Assembly (NCBI GenBank): GCA_051532035.1
Contig: JAOPTW010000045.1
Coordinates: 7,624 to 71,623 of the forward strand
Source: Fibrobacterales bacterium
Lineage (GTDB): Bacteria > Fibrobacterota > Fibrobacteria > Fibrobacterales > JAOPTW01
Direction: 5' to 3'
Length of the DNA: 64,000 bases
The notes beneath the pieces are model-generated. The model saw only the letters and a list, made by a program, of their open reading frames with translations, made no database searches and had not been told where the DNA came from. Position 1 is the first letter of the stretch, and every line of letters begins with the position of its first letter. Shown one piece after another: positions 38,021 through 47,171 of the stretch. A program made the translations under genes and the position numbers.

Positions 38021-38956
38021 ATGATAAATATATATAAACAGGTAGAAACTATCTCTTTCATTTTGGGTACATGGGCTTTTTCAGAAGTAGATTGGGGTGT
38101 TCAGTCTGGGCACGCTGGTGATACTTTAGAAGAAGTCCTCGAAAAAGGACTTGAATGTGGGATAGCCCAAATAGATACTGCTCCAATTTATGGACTTAAT
38201 CAAGTTGAGCAGGATATTGGGGCACTCCAGGTCTCTCAAAAATACCAGATAGGGTCTAAATTTGGTTTATCGTGGGAGACACCCTATTCTCACAACACTA
38301 TTAAGATAGGGTTCACAGCTGATTCAATTATCTCTGAATGTGAAGAGAGTTTACGGCGGCTCAATCGTGAGCAGTTGTCGCATTATTTTCTGCATTATGC
38401 CCCTTTTGGCGGTTTGTTACCCAAGCATATTGAGGGTATCACAAGTGCTATAGGGCATCTTAAAGAGAGTGGGAAAATAGCAGCATTTGGATTGTCAAAT
38501 TGCACTATTGAAGATGTTCAGAGTATGCAGTCCAATTGTACTGTAGATGCCATTCAGTTTGAATGTAGTGCCTACAAAAAGTGGGCTTTGACTAAATATG
38601 CGCCTCTTTTTTCAAACAGTGATATGGAGCAGTGGCTCTATTCACCCTTAGCTCGAGGACTTCTCAGTGGTAAATATTATACTAAAGACCAGTTAGGGAG
38701 TGGCGATCACAGAATCAGACTTAAATGGTTCAAAGATCGAGAGCTCTCTTTGGTGCAACAGAAGTTGCACAGGATAGATGGGCTTTTAGAGAAATATGAT
38801 TGCAGTTATAGTCAGCTCTTTATCGGTTGGTTACGTCAGAGGCTTCCTTCTGCAAAAGTTCTCGTTGGGGTACGTCATATAGAACAACTTCTCACTAATT
38901 GCTCTCCAGTCGTTTTGCAGGATGGCGACTTCCAAACAATTGATCAGCTTTTTTAA
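38021..38956 (+). CDS. Aldo/keto reductase
   Basis: GTWAF..., IDTAPIYG, FGLSNC and SPLARGLLSGKY motifs. The start is uncertain (TTG 38009 or ATG 38021). Confidence 0.8.
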   Translation: MINIYKQVETISFILGTWAFSEVDWGVQSGHAGDTLEEVLEKGLECGIAQIDTAPIYGLNQVEQDIGALQVSQKYQIGSKFGLSWETPYSHNTIKIGFTADSIISECEESLRRLNREQLSHYFLHYAPFGGLLPKHIEGITSAIGHLKESGKIAAFGLSNCTIEDVQSMQSNCTVDAIQFECSAYKKWALTKYAPLFSNSDMEQWLYSPLARGLLSGKYYTKDQLGSGDHRIRLKWFKDRELSLVQQKLHRIDGLLEKYDCSYSQLFIGWLRQRLPSAKVLVGVRHIEQLLTNCSPVVLQDGDFQTIDQLF

Positions 38957-39600
38957 AAGTGTGTTTCAGGATTGAGGCTTTGAAAAAATTCAGGTCTGTG
39001 GAAGTCGGGCTTAGAGCACTCTATAGGGAAGAAACTTATCCAATGGGGGTGCGTAAGCTTGTCTCCGCACTTATAGACATTGCCATGTAACGGGTACTCT
39101 TTAAGAGATCTATCGGGAGGGAGCCCGAAGAGTACTCCAGGGATTTGTAGTAAAAGTTCCCACTCACTCATAGGTTCGTTACTAACGCTCATGAGGTTGC
39201 CCTCAGGTGGAATGAGCGTCCCACTTCTTACTATGGTCTTCAGGAGAGATGATGCCTTGTAGAGTCGCTGAAAGCGATTTGGGCCTGTCTGAGAGAGTAG
39301 GGTGCCTGCTGCAGTAGACTCAAAGTTGTGGTATATGCTTGGGTCGGCAAGATCTTGTAAAAAAAGCTCAACACATGAGTCTTCATACACTGGCTCATTA
39401 TCGTTTACATACGTTATACGGGTCTCGTCTTCTCGGACGGTAAATAAAATTGAGAGTGTGTGGTCGATAATAGCTATTTGAAATTGGACGAGTGTTGGAG
39501 CAATCCCCCCTTGGATACAAGAGAGTGTGTGAGGGGGTGTTTGGGTTATTGCTGAATAGTTTGGATCTAGAGTATCTAACGGTGTTTTATGGTATATCAT
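38953..39600 (-). CDS. Hypothetical protein, possibly CBM9/DOMON-like
   Basis: EDSCVELFLQD resembles the CBM9-like family motif. This is a weak assignment. Confidence 0.4.
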   Translation of the reverse strand: MIYHKTPLDTLDPNYSAITQTPPHTLSCIQGGIAPTLVQFQIAIIDHTLSILFTVREDETRITYVNDNEPVYEDSCVELFLQDLADPSIYHNFESTAAGTLLSQTGPNRFQRLYKASSLLKTIVRSGTLIPPEGNLMSVSNEPMSEWELLLQIPGVLFGLPPDRSLKEYPLHGNVYKCGDKLTHPHWISFFPIECSKPDFHRPEFFQSLNPETHF

Positions 39601-39732
39601 CTCATTTCAACTATTACAAATGGGTCACAGAGAATGATAGGTATTTTTGTTTGAGTTCTTTGGTGAATACTTTGGGTAGTGGTTAAAAAAAGTTTAAATA
39701 CCTTGTATTGTGGGTAGAGAGACTGTATAATA

Positions 39733-40134
39733 ATGCAAATTATAAAGGTCACCATGGCTCAATATACGGTTAAAGCAGACACTTCAAAAAACATCCTCTA
39801 TCTGAGTTTGGATGGATTCTTTGAGCAATCTGTAATTCAAGAAATTTCTGATGTGATTGTTAGGGAATTGTCTTTGTTGAAACCGGGCTATGGCTTTATA
39901 AATGATGTTTCTCGATTTAAACCCACTACTGAGGAAGGGGTTGAAGAGATAAAACAACTGCAACTCCGTTTATATAATAATGGCCTAGGAAAAGTAGTTC
40001 GGGTTGTGGGTGAATCTCTTATGAGCAAACTACAGTTTGAACGAAAGTCTAAAGAAGTTGGGTATAATGCTGATCATGTGCAATCAATCTCAGAAGCAGA
40101 AGAGATTATAAAAGCATATATGCAGCAAGAGTAA
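39733..40134 (+). CDS. Hypothetical small cytoplasmic protein
   Basis: 133-aa ORF (alternative ATG at 39754). No family recognised. Confidence 0.55.
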   Translation: MQIIKVTMAQYTVKADTSKNILYLSLDGFFEQSVIQEISDVIVRELSLLKPGYGFINDVSRFKPTTEEGVEEIKQLQLRLYNNGLGKVVRVVGESLMSKLQFERKSKEVGYNADHVQSISEAEEIIKAYMQQE

Positions 40135-40178
40135 TAATTACTATCTATTACACAATCCCTTTTTTTGCTGAGTGCCTC

Positions 40179-41372
40179 ATGAAAAAAATCGTCATCATTG
40201 GTGGTGGTATTAGTGGTTTAAGTTTTGCTCATTACTGTGCTGAAGCTGGTATGTATGTGACACTTCTTGAAAAAACTGAGCGAGTTGGTGGTGCGATAGA
40301 GACTAAAATGGAACAGGACTCTATCCTTGAGATGGGGGCGCATACTTGCTATAACTCATATGGTAATTTTATTCACATCGGTGAAAGTATTGGGTTAATG
40401 CAGTCAATCTCTCAGCGATCAAAGCACCCCTATAAGGTGTGGAAGAGTGGAGCATTAAAATCTATCCTATCTCAGTTTAATATTATTGAACTTCTGTTTT
40501 CCGTTAAGAACATTCTCACGGTAAAGCGCGATAATCGTACCGTCTCTGATTACTTTTCAAAACTCCTTGGTAAAAAAAATTATCAAAACCTTTTTCACTA
40601 CTTTATGCAGGCAGTCGTTTGTCAGAATGCAGATAATTTTCCTGCCCAATTGGTATTTCGTAAAAAACCACGAAATAAAAAGTACCCCAAAAGTTACTTC
40701 TTCAAAGGGGGCTTACAGCAAGTTGTTGACAAGGTGTCTCACCAAGAGAGTGTCGCCATAGAATGTGGTGTGACAACTTCAATGGTCAAGGCTACAGAGT
40801 CTGGAGTATGTATTACCACTGAAAATCGTGGTGAATTTCGGGCTGATTATGTTGTAGTAGCAACGCCACCAGAAGAGGCGGGGCGCTTTTTAACTGAGTG
40901 GACACCACAACTGGCAACAATCCTCTCTTCTATACCCACAGCTCTTGTTGAGTCTGTAGGGGTTTCATTGCCAAGAGAGTCTCTTGCTATTCCCCTCGTT
41001 TCTGGAGTGGTAGGGCTCGGGGCGCCTTTTTACTCAATGGTAAGCTCTGACGCGATATCTGAATCCGATTCAAAGAGGCGATCTTTTGTCTTTCACTTTA
41101 AACCAAATTGTTTGACTGAGAGTGAAAAGAAAGGAGAAATAGCGCAGGTTCTTGGGGTTGAGCAGAAAGAGCTTGGGTCTTTGATAATAAAAGAGAATAG
41201 GTTGCCTACTTTTGCTTCCAATCATTTGGATACCGTCGATAAGCTCACTGAACTTATGCCAAGCAAGCTCTTTTTGATTGGTAACTATTTCATTGGTTCG
41301 TCAATTGAAGATAGTATCCAACGCTCTCGTGATGAGTTTAGACGATTAATAAAAAAGATACTCCCCACATAA
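40179..41372 (+). CDS. FAD-dependent oxidoreductase (protoporphyrinogen/amine oxidase superfamily)
   Basis: KIVIIGGGISGLSFAHYCAEAGMYVTLLEKTERVGG is a Rossmann dinucleotide motif. The C-terminal GNYFIGSSIEDSI is also family-like. Confidence 0.7.
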   Translation: MKKIVIIGGGISGLSFAHYCAEAGMYVTLLEKTERVGGAIETKMEQDSILEMGAHTCYNSYGNFIHIGESIGLMQSISQRSKHPYKVWKSGALKSILSQFNIIELLFSVKNILTVKRDNRTVSDYFSKLLGKKNYQNLFHYFMQAVVCQNADNFPAQLVFRKKPRNKKYPKSYFFKGGLQQVVDKVSHQESVAIECGVTTSMVKATESGVCITTENRGEFRADYVVVATPPEEAGRFLTEWTPQLATILSSIPTALVESVGVSLPRESLAIPLVSGVVGLGAPFYSMVSSDAISESDSKRRSFVFHFKPNCLTESEKKGEIAQVLGVEQKELGSLIIKENRLPTFASNHLDTVDKLTELMPSKLFLIGNYFIGSSIEDSIQRSRDEFRRLIKKILPT

Positions 41373-41383
41373 TGGGGAGATAG

Positions 41384-42691
41384 TTATTGTTGGCCAGTAT
41401 ATTCTAAAATGGCCTGTTTCATTGTCGAGAATATATGCTTAAGGCGTTCTTCGTCTTCTTCCAAAATAGTGACCCGAAAGCCGAGTAATTCTGAACAGAA
41501 TGATGAAATAGGTACTACAACAATTCCTGTGGCTCCAAGAAGGTAGTATACAAAGCGTTTGTCGAGTTCAATATTAGGTTTGGTGACCCACTTTTCAACG
41601 AGCTCTTTGATCGTATTGTTTTCAATAGGCAGCGTTTGAGTTGCGCTTAAGAGCCCTTTCTCAAATACGATTGTGTTATAAAAGGCACCTTTGGTCTCGT
41701 TGACTAACAGGCCGGGGATACCCTCAAGGTATCCGTTAATGATCTTTGACCTTTTCCCAATCTCTTTGTTTTTTTGTTGACGATAGGGAAGGTATCTCGG
41801 ATCACTCATTATTTTAGGAATCGCCAATTGGGGAAGTGTTGTTGAGCAGACTTCGATCATTTTTGCATCATCGAGTACTCGACACATTTTGTTGAATTGA
41901 CTATCATTTTCGCGATTATAAAACTCCAGCCAGCCACAGCGTGAGCCAGGCCATGGAAATTCTTTGGAAATACCTCTCAGAGACATTCCTGGGACATCTT
42001 CGATAATTTCAGCAAGACGAATTGCTTTTTCACCGTTGTAGTAGATGTTTGAATAGACCTCATCTGATAAGAGAAAGAGATTGTACTTTTGTGCAAGGCG
42101 CACAAATTTCTTGAGTATCTCGCGAGGGTAGACCATTCCGGTAGGGTTATCTGGGTTGATTATCAGAATTCCTACAATATTGGGATTGTACTTAACCTGA
42201 TTCTCTAAATTTTCAAAATCGGGATACCAACTGTTAGTAGGGTCAAGCTTATAGGTAAGTGGGTGGCTTTGAGATTTTGCAGCTTCAGCAGAAGAATGGG
42301 TGCTGTATGCTGGAGAAGGACCAATTACTCTCGATGAAGGAATAAGGTATTGGTAGATTTTAGCTATTGCATCACCGAGACCGTTAAAAAAGAGAATATC
42401 CTCAGCGGTGATTTGTGCGCCACCAAGAGAGTTGGTCAGTTCTGCTAAAAATTCACGGGTCTCTAAAACCCCTTTAGAATGACAATATCCATAGCTTTGA
42501 TCATCTTGAACAAGTTCTGAGACAATTTCTTTCATCCAGGCGGGGAGAGTGGCGTTCTTTTGAATTGGATCGCCAATATTTTCCCAAAATATCTCTTGAC
42601 CGCAATCTCTCACTTGATATGCCTTTTTAACAATCTCTCTAATTTCGTACGAGAGCTCTTTTGTGCCTTCTTGCAGTAGTTTTTGTCTCAT
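41384..42691 (-). CDS. Class I/II PLP aminotransferase (alanine aminotransferase-like)
   Basis: Start moved to MRQKLLQEG... YEIREIV...ENIGDP, LIINPDNPTG, LLSDEVY and SKEF.WPGSRCGW (PLP Lys region). Confidence 0.8.
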   Translation of the reverse strand: MRQKLLQEGTKELSYEIREIVKKAYQVRDCGQEIFWENIGDPIQKNATLPAWMKEIVSELVQDDQSYGYCHSKGVLETREFLAELTNSLGGAQITAEDILFFNGLGDAIAKIYQYLIPSSRVIGPSPAYSTHSSAEAAKSQSHPLTYKLDPTNSWYPDFENLENQVKYNPNIVGILIINPDNPTGMVYPREILKKFVRLAQKYNLFLLSDEVYSNIYYNGEKAIRLAEIIEDVPGMSLRGISKEFPWPGSRCGWLEFYNRENDSQFNKMCRVLDDAKMIEVCSTTLPQLAIPKIMSDPRYLPYRQQKNKEIGKRSKIINGYLEGIPGLLVNETKGAFYNTIVFEKGLLSATQTLPIENNTIKELVEKWVTKPNIELDKRFVYYLLGATGIVVVPISSFCSELLGFRVTILEEDEERLKHIFSTMKQAILEYTGQQ

Positions 42692-42902
42692 TAGTTCCTC
42701 TGTTTCGGCTAAAATTAAAAAAAACGCACAAGTATTAGGCGGAATTATCGCGCAATCCTTTAAATAGTCCTCTATGTGACAAAATAACACTAAGTATGTG
42801 TAAATTAAAGTTTACACTATGGCTCGGGTGTATAAATGGTTTGCTTTAGTAGACAAATAATCTTAGCTTAAGTAGTAGTGAAACACGAGGGGCGTACGAA
42901 AT

Positions 42903-44414
42903 ATGAAATATTTGTTGTTACTAGTTATGGTGGTTGTACTTGGGTGCTCTGAGGAAAATACTTTAGTTATAGGTGATTCTATCGAGTCATGCCAAGAGAT
43001 GGTCGGAGAAGTATATGACGCATGTCGTGAAGGTGTACAGAAAGATAGTGTAGACAATAATGAAAAGAATAATGTGGGTCAAGAGAGCTCTGCTATAAAA
43101 AAAGATGAGGTTTCAGATGAGGTTTCCTCTTCTTTGCGAAGAGGGAATGTTGAAAGTAGCGGTGAGGAAATTGATGACCCTGAGTCTTATGAGGCTCACC
43201 CTCCTGCAGGCAACGATGGCTCATCGTCAAGTGAACGAGACGATTTGGCGTGGGGTTCATCAAGTGATGATGCGACAGATAAGCCGCGATACATTGACCC
43301 CGATATAGAAATTATACAAACAGGCACACCAAACTGGCTCTCTAGAAAGGGTACCTCTCTTTATGATTCGAAAGGGAATAAGGTTCGTTTAACTGGGGTG
43401 AATTGGTTTGGTTTTGAAACCTCATCCAAAGTGATGCATGGTTTGTGGGGGGCTGATTATAAGGTTATGTTGCAGCTTATGGTTGACCTAGGGTTTAATT
43501 CAATTAGAATACCGTGGGCTAACGTAATCATTGGTGATGATGAAGCGGTTCAAGTGAATTCATATGAAATGAATGCTGAATTAGTTGGTAAAAACCCCAT
43601 TGAGGCACTGGTTGTCATTGCAAACGAGGCCCAGAGACTTGGGCTTAAAATTATATTGGATAACCATTCACGGGTCAATGATGCATACATGACAGAAGAC
43701 CTCTGGTATACGGAGTCATTTTCTGAACAGCAGTGGATAGATGATTGGAAATATATCGCAGATGTTTTTAAGGATAATGATGCGGTGATAGCAATGGACC
43801 TCAATAATGAGCCTCATGACCGTGCAACATGGGGGAGTGGTGATCCTAAGCTTGATTGGGCAATGGCAGCAGAGAAATGTGGCAATGCGATTTTGGAAGT
43901 CAATCCCAATGTGTTGATAATGGTTGAAGGTGTAGAAGGATGGGATGGGATGGATACTCCGGAGGGTGAGGGTTACTGGTGGGGTGGAAGTTTGGTCGGT
44001 GTAAAAGATCGTCCTATTGTGCTCACAAATCCTGAAAAATTAGTGTATTCACCTCATGAGTATGGGCCCACAGTTTTTGAGCAAGAGTGGTTTAAGACTG
44101 ATGATTTTCCGAGTAATATGCCAGGAATTTGGGACACTCAGTTTGGTTTTATCGCAAAAGAAGGCGAAGGGCATTTGTTTATTGGTGAACTTGGTATCAA
44201 GGGAAAGGGTGGTGACGATGAGATTTGGTTTGATGCTTTCTTAAAGTATATGGAGGAGTCAAAAGAATCGTATTCATGGACATTTTGGGCGTGGAACCCA
44301 AATTCGGGTGATACTGGTGGAATTCTTGAGTATGACTGGGAGACGGTGGTTCAGTGGAAAGTTGATTATCTCAAGCCGTATTTGGCACCTCTTATTGGTA
44401 ATGGAAACGGTTAG
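42903..44414 (+). CDS. Glycoside hydrolase family 5 endoglucanase lipoprotein
   Basis: Lipobox VVLGC. Acidic/Ser linker. GVNWFGFET, IRIPW, ILDNHS, DLNNEPH (acid/base Glu) and FIGELG (nucleophile Glu). Confidence 0.85.
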   Translation: MKYLLLLVMVVVLGCSEENTLVIGDSIESCQEMVGEVYDACREGVQKDSVDNNEKNNVGQESSAIKKDEVSDEVSSSLRRGNVESSGEEIDDPESYEAHPPAGNDGSSSSERDDLAWGSSSDDATDKPRYIDPDIEIIQTGTPNWLSRKGTSLYDSKGNKVRLTGVNWFGFETSSKVMHGLWGADYKVMLQLMVDLGFNSIRIPWANVIIGDDEAVQVNSYEMNAELVGKNPIEALVVIANEAQRLGLKIILDNHSRVNDAYMTEDLWYTESFSEQQWIDDWKYIADVFKDNDAVIAMDLNNEPHDRATWGSGDPKLDWAMAAEKCGNAILEVNPNVLIMVEGVEGWDGMDTPEGEGYWWGGSLVGVKDRPIVLTNPEKLVYSPHEYGPTVFEQEWFKTDDFPSNMPGIWDTQFGFIAKEGEGHLFIGELGIKGKGGDDEIWFDAFLKYMEESKESYSWTFWAWNPNSGDTGGILEYDWETVVQWKVDYLKPYLAPLIGNGNG

Positions 44415-44898
44415 TGCGTATTACTGAGTGTGGCAATACCGATCCTGTTGATGTGGTGCACTTTCTGTTGGAATAACAGTAAGTCTGGGTTGTTTTACTC
44501 ACTAAAATAAGGGTATAGTTCTACTTTTTTCAAGATATTATCAGTTGTTGGGACAGATTTAATCTGCCCCTTTTTTCTTGTACCATTGATGGTGTTCTCC
44601 ATTTATTCTTGGTTTGGTATGGGTTGTTAGTAGACACTAAATCATCATGTGATACATCTCAAAAGCCCATTAAATCAGGGCTTAATCTAGGTTGGTTGTA
44701 ATGATGAGGTGTTGTTGGTATTGGTTGTTTCGTGGCTAATTATAGGTTATTGAGTCCATATGAAGTGTAAAGTGGTAATTTACATTGAATTAAGAGTGGG
44801 GCTTACTGTGGGTCACTAAAAAGCCTCAAATTGAGATATATAGCGTGCACTGTAGACTATTTTATATTATATTACAGGGGGTTCAACGGTTGATCAGT

Positions 44899-45753
44899 AT
44901 GGCAGATATTTATAATTACCTCGACTATCGGAAGTATCTTAATGACCGATATGAAGAGCTAAAAGACGCTGAAGGTGTTTCTCACCGGATTCTAGGAAAA
45001 CGCGGTGGTTTTGACCCCGGTCTTTTCTCAAAAGTAGTAACAGGGCAGCGAGACATATCCATGAAAATGGTGGGTAAGTTTATTGATGCATTCAGTATGA
45101 GTGAAAAGGAAGAGGACTACTTTGAGGTTCTCGTGCTATTCAATCAGGCAAATACTCACTCTGAGAAAAAGTACCACCTCGAAAGACTCCTCTCGTTTAG
45201 TAAATGTAAGGTGAAAAAACTGGTAGAGAATCAGTATGAGTACTATGATAAATGGTACTATTCCGCAGTGAGAGAGCTATTACATTACTACCCATTTGAT
45301 GGTGATTTTGAGGATCTTGCAGATACTCTTATCCCTAAAATTAAGGTACGAGAAGCTAAAAAAGCGATTGAACTCCTTATGAGTCTCGATATGATCAATA
45401 AGAATGACGAAGGCCGCTATGTATTGACCGACTCTCTTGTCACGAGTGGCTATGAGACTCATTCAACAGCAATTAATAATTATGTGCTTTCAGGGATTTC
45501 CATGGCTCAAGATGCTCTTGATCTTTTTAAGCCCCATGAGCGGAATTTATCTTCTATTACTTTTAATTATACCGAAGAAGAGCTTCCTGAGCTCATTGAA
45601 AAATTTAGATCTTTCAGAAAAGACCTCATGCAGATGATTACGCGAACGTCCAAAGCAAATCGGGTATTTCAGTTTAACATGCAACTTTTTCCGCTCTCGA
45701 TGCCTTATCCAAAACCGGTTCGTCCGGGACCCAAAAAGGGGGGTAAAAAATGA
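44899..45753 (+). CDS. TIGR02147-like Fibrobacter-type paralogous family protein (probable DNA-binding)
   Basis: Start moved to MADIYNYLDYRKYLNDRYEELK, the family-typical N-terminus as I recall it. It ends in an ATGA overlap with the next gene. Confidence 0.7.
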   Translation: MADIYNYLDYRKYLNDRYEELKDAEGVSHRILGKRGGFDPGLFSKVVTGQRDISMKMVGKFIDAFSMSEKEEDYFEVLVLFNQANTHSEKKYHLERLLSFSKCKVKKLVENQYEYYDKWYYSAVRELLHYYPFDGDFEDLADTLIPKIKVREAKKAIELLMSLDMINKNDEGRYVLTDSLVTSGYETHSTAINNYVLSGISMAQDALDLFKPHERNLSSITFNYTEEELPELIEKFRSFRKDLMQMITRTSKANRVFQFNMQLFPLSMPYPKPVRPGPKKGGKK

Positions 45754-47039
45754 GATATGTAAACCGTTTTTTACTGCTTGCACTCCTCACTGTAATTGCT
45801 GCCTGTAGTCTGGGTGACCCAATTACCGCAAACAGTGGTGGAACCGCAACCGAAACTGAAGCGACTATCGTTGCAAAAATAGTAACTCCGCAAGGTGAGC
45901 CGGCAGTTGGTGCTCAAGTCATTATTCATAAGCAAGCAGCCCTCTCAGGAAGAGACACTGCAATTGCTCAGTTAACCACGGATACTCAAGGGTCATTTTC
46001 TGTTGTAGTTGATACAGGGGAGACATACCTTGTTGAGGCGAACTATAGTGAAGCAGGACTCAAAAAGGGAGTCGTTTTTTCCGTAGAAGTTGGCGGTAAT
46101 GCATCGTATGATATGGGTAATGCAACACTTAAATCTCTGGGGTCGGTTGAAGGGGTGATACTTTCGCCTTATGATTCAGTTGTAGTCTCATTGGTTGGAA
46201 CACAATACACGGCATCGGTCAAAGAGGGAGGGGTGTTTACTATAGATTCAATTCCTCATGGACGCTATCTCGTGAAGGCATACCCGTATGATGATCCTGA
46301 ACACTCAATGAATACTACTGCAGAAGTGCCAGGTATTGTTCGACTTACTTTCCCTGAATATAAGCATACTACAATTATAGATACACCAATTGTAGTTGAT
46401 ACGAATGAAGTTGATACACCGGTTGTGGTTGTGCCCGATGATACTATTGTTGTGCCTGTTGATACTGTTGTAGATGTTCCGCAAAAGATACTTTATATTG
46501 ATAATTTCGATAAAAAGAGTCAAAAAAGTCTCTTTGGTCTTGATGATTCATCAGGATCGTGGGCTACCTATTCAAATACTTCATATATACTGCCAGACGC
46601 TGGAGAAGCGCAGTTTGACATATATTTTGATTCATCAGAAATAAGAGGTGATTCAGGATATAGTTTCTCTATCTATCTGCCTGGTGAGGAACATAATGGT
46701 GTTGCCTTTAGTCTTCAGATGGGTAAAAATTCACAAGAGTTTGATCTGAGTGCAGTAAATACTATAAATTTTTGGGCTAAGGGTTCTGGTGTAATTACAG
46801 TAGAGTTCAAAAGTGAAGGTGGCTCAGGGATAATACCTGTCGCCTTGGATGTTCCTCTTGGGGCGGACTGGACATTACATTCTCTTGATGTTACCCAGTT
46901 TTCTGGTTCACAAGGAACAACATGGGACGATATAAAGAGTGCAATAACGCATATTCATTTTATTTCCTATACGACGACGACTATTACTATTGATGAAATA
47001 CGTATTACGGGTGTCGATCTACTGGATTTAGAGAAGTAA
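45750..47039 (+). CDS. Lipoprotein with two carboxypeptidase-regulatory-like domains and a C-terminal CBM-like domain
   Basis: Lipobox VIAAC. Transthyretin-like segments GEPAVGAQVIIHK...TTDTQGSFSVVV and VFTIDSIPHGRYLVKAY. VDT repeats. The C-terminal YIDNFD...INFWAKGSG is CBM11/CIA30-like. Confidence 0.7.
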   Translation: MRYVNRFLLLALLTVIAACSLGDPITANSGGTATETEATIVAKIVTPQGEPAVGAQVIIHKQAALSGRDTAIAQLTTDTQGSFSVVVDTGETYLVEANYSEAGLKKGVVFSVEVGGNASYDMGNATLKSLGSVEGVILSPYDSVVVSLVGTQYTASVKEGGVFTIDSIPHGRYLVKAYPYDDPEHSMNTTAEVPGIVRLTFPEYKHTTIIDTPIVVDTNEVDTPVVVVPDDTIVVPVDTVVDVPQKILYIDNFDKKSQKSLFGLDDSSGSWATYSNTSYILPDAGEAQFDIYFDSSEIRGDSGYSFSIYLPGEEHNGVAFSLQMGKNSQEFDLSAVNTINFWAKGSGVITVEFKSEGGSGIIPVALDVPLGADWTLHSLDVTQFSGSQGTTWDDIKSAITHIHFISYTTTTITIDEIRITGVDLLDLEK

Positions 47040-47047
47040 ATACTTTT

Positions 47048-47080
47048 AGGCTGCCTCAATATCTGAGGCAGCCTTTTTTA
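47048..47080 (+). terminator. Rho-independent terminator
   Basis: AGGCTGCCTCA-ATATC-TGAGGCAGCCT followed by TTTTTT. Confidence 0.85.
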
Positions 47081-47171
47081 TACAACGACTCAATCTGTTC
47101 TCTCTCTGTTTTAAGTGGTAGAATGACTACTTCACGGTCCACAAGAGACTATCATTTTCTAAATTTAGGCC

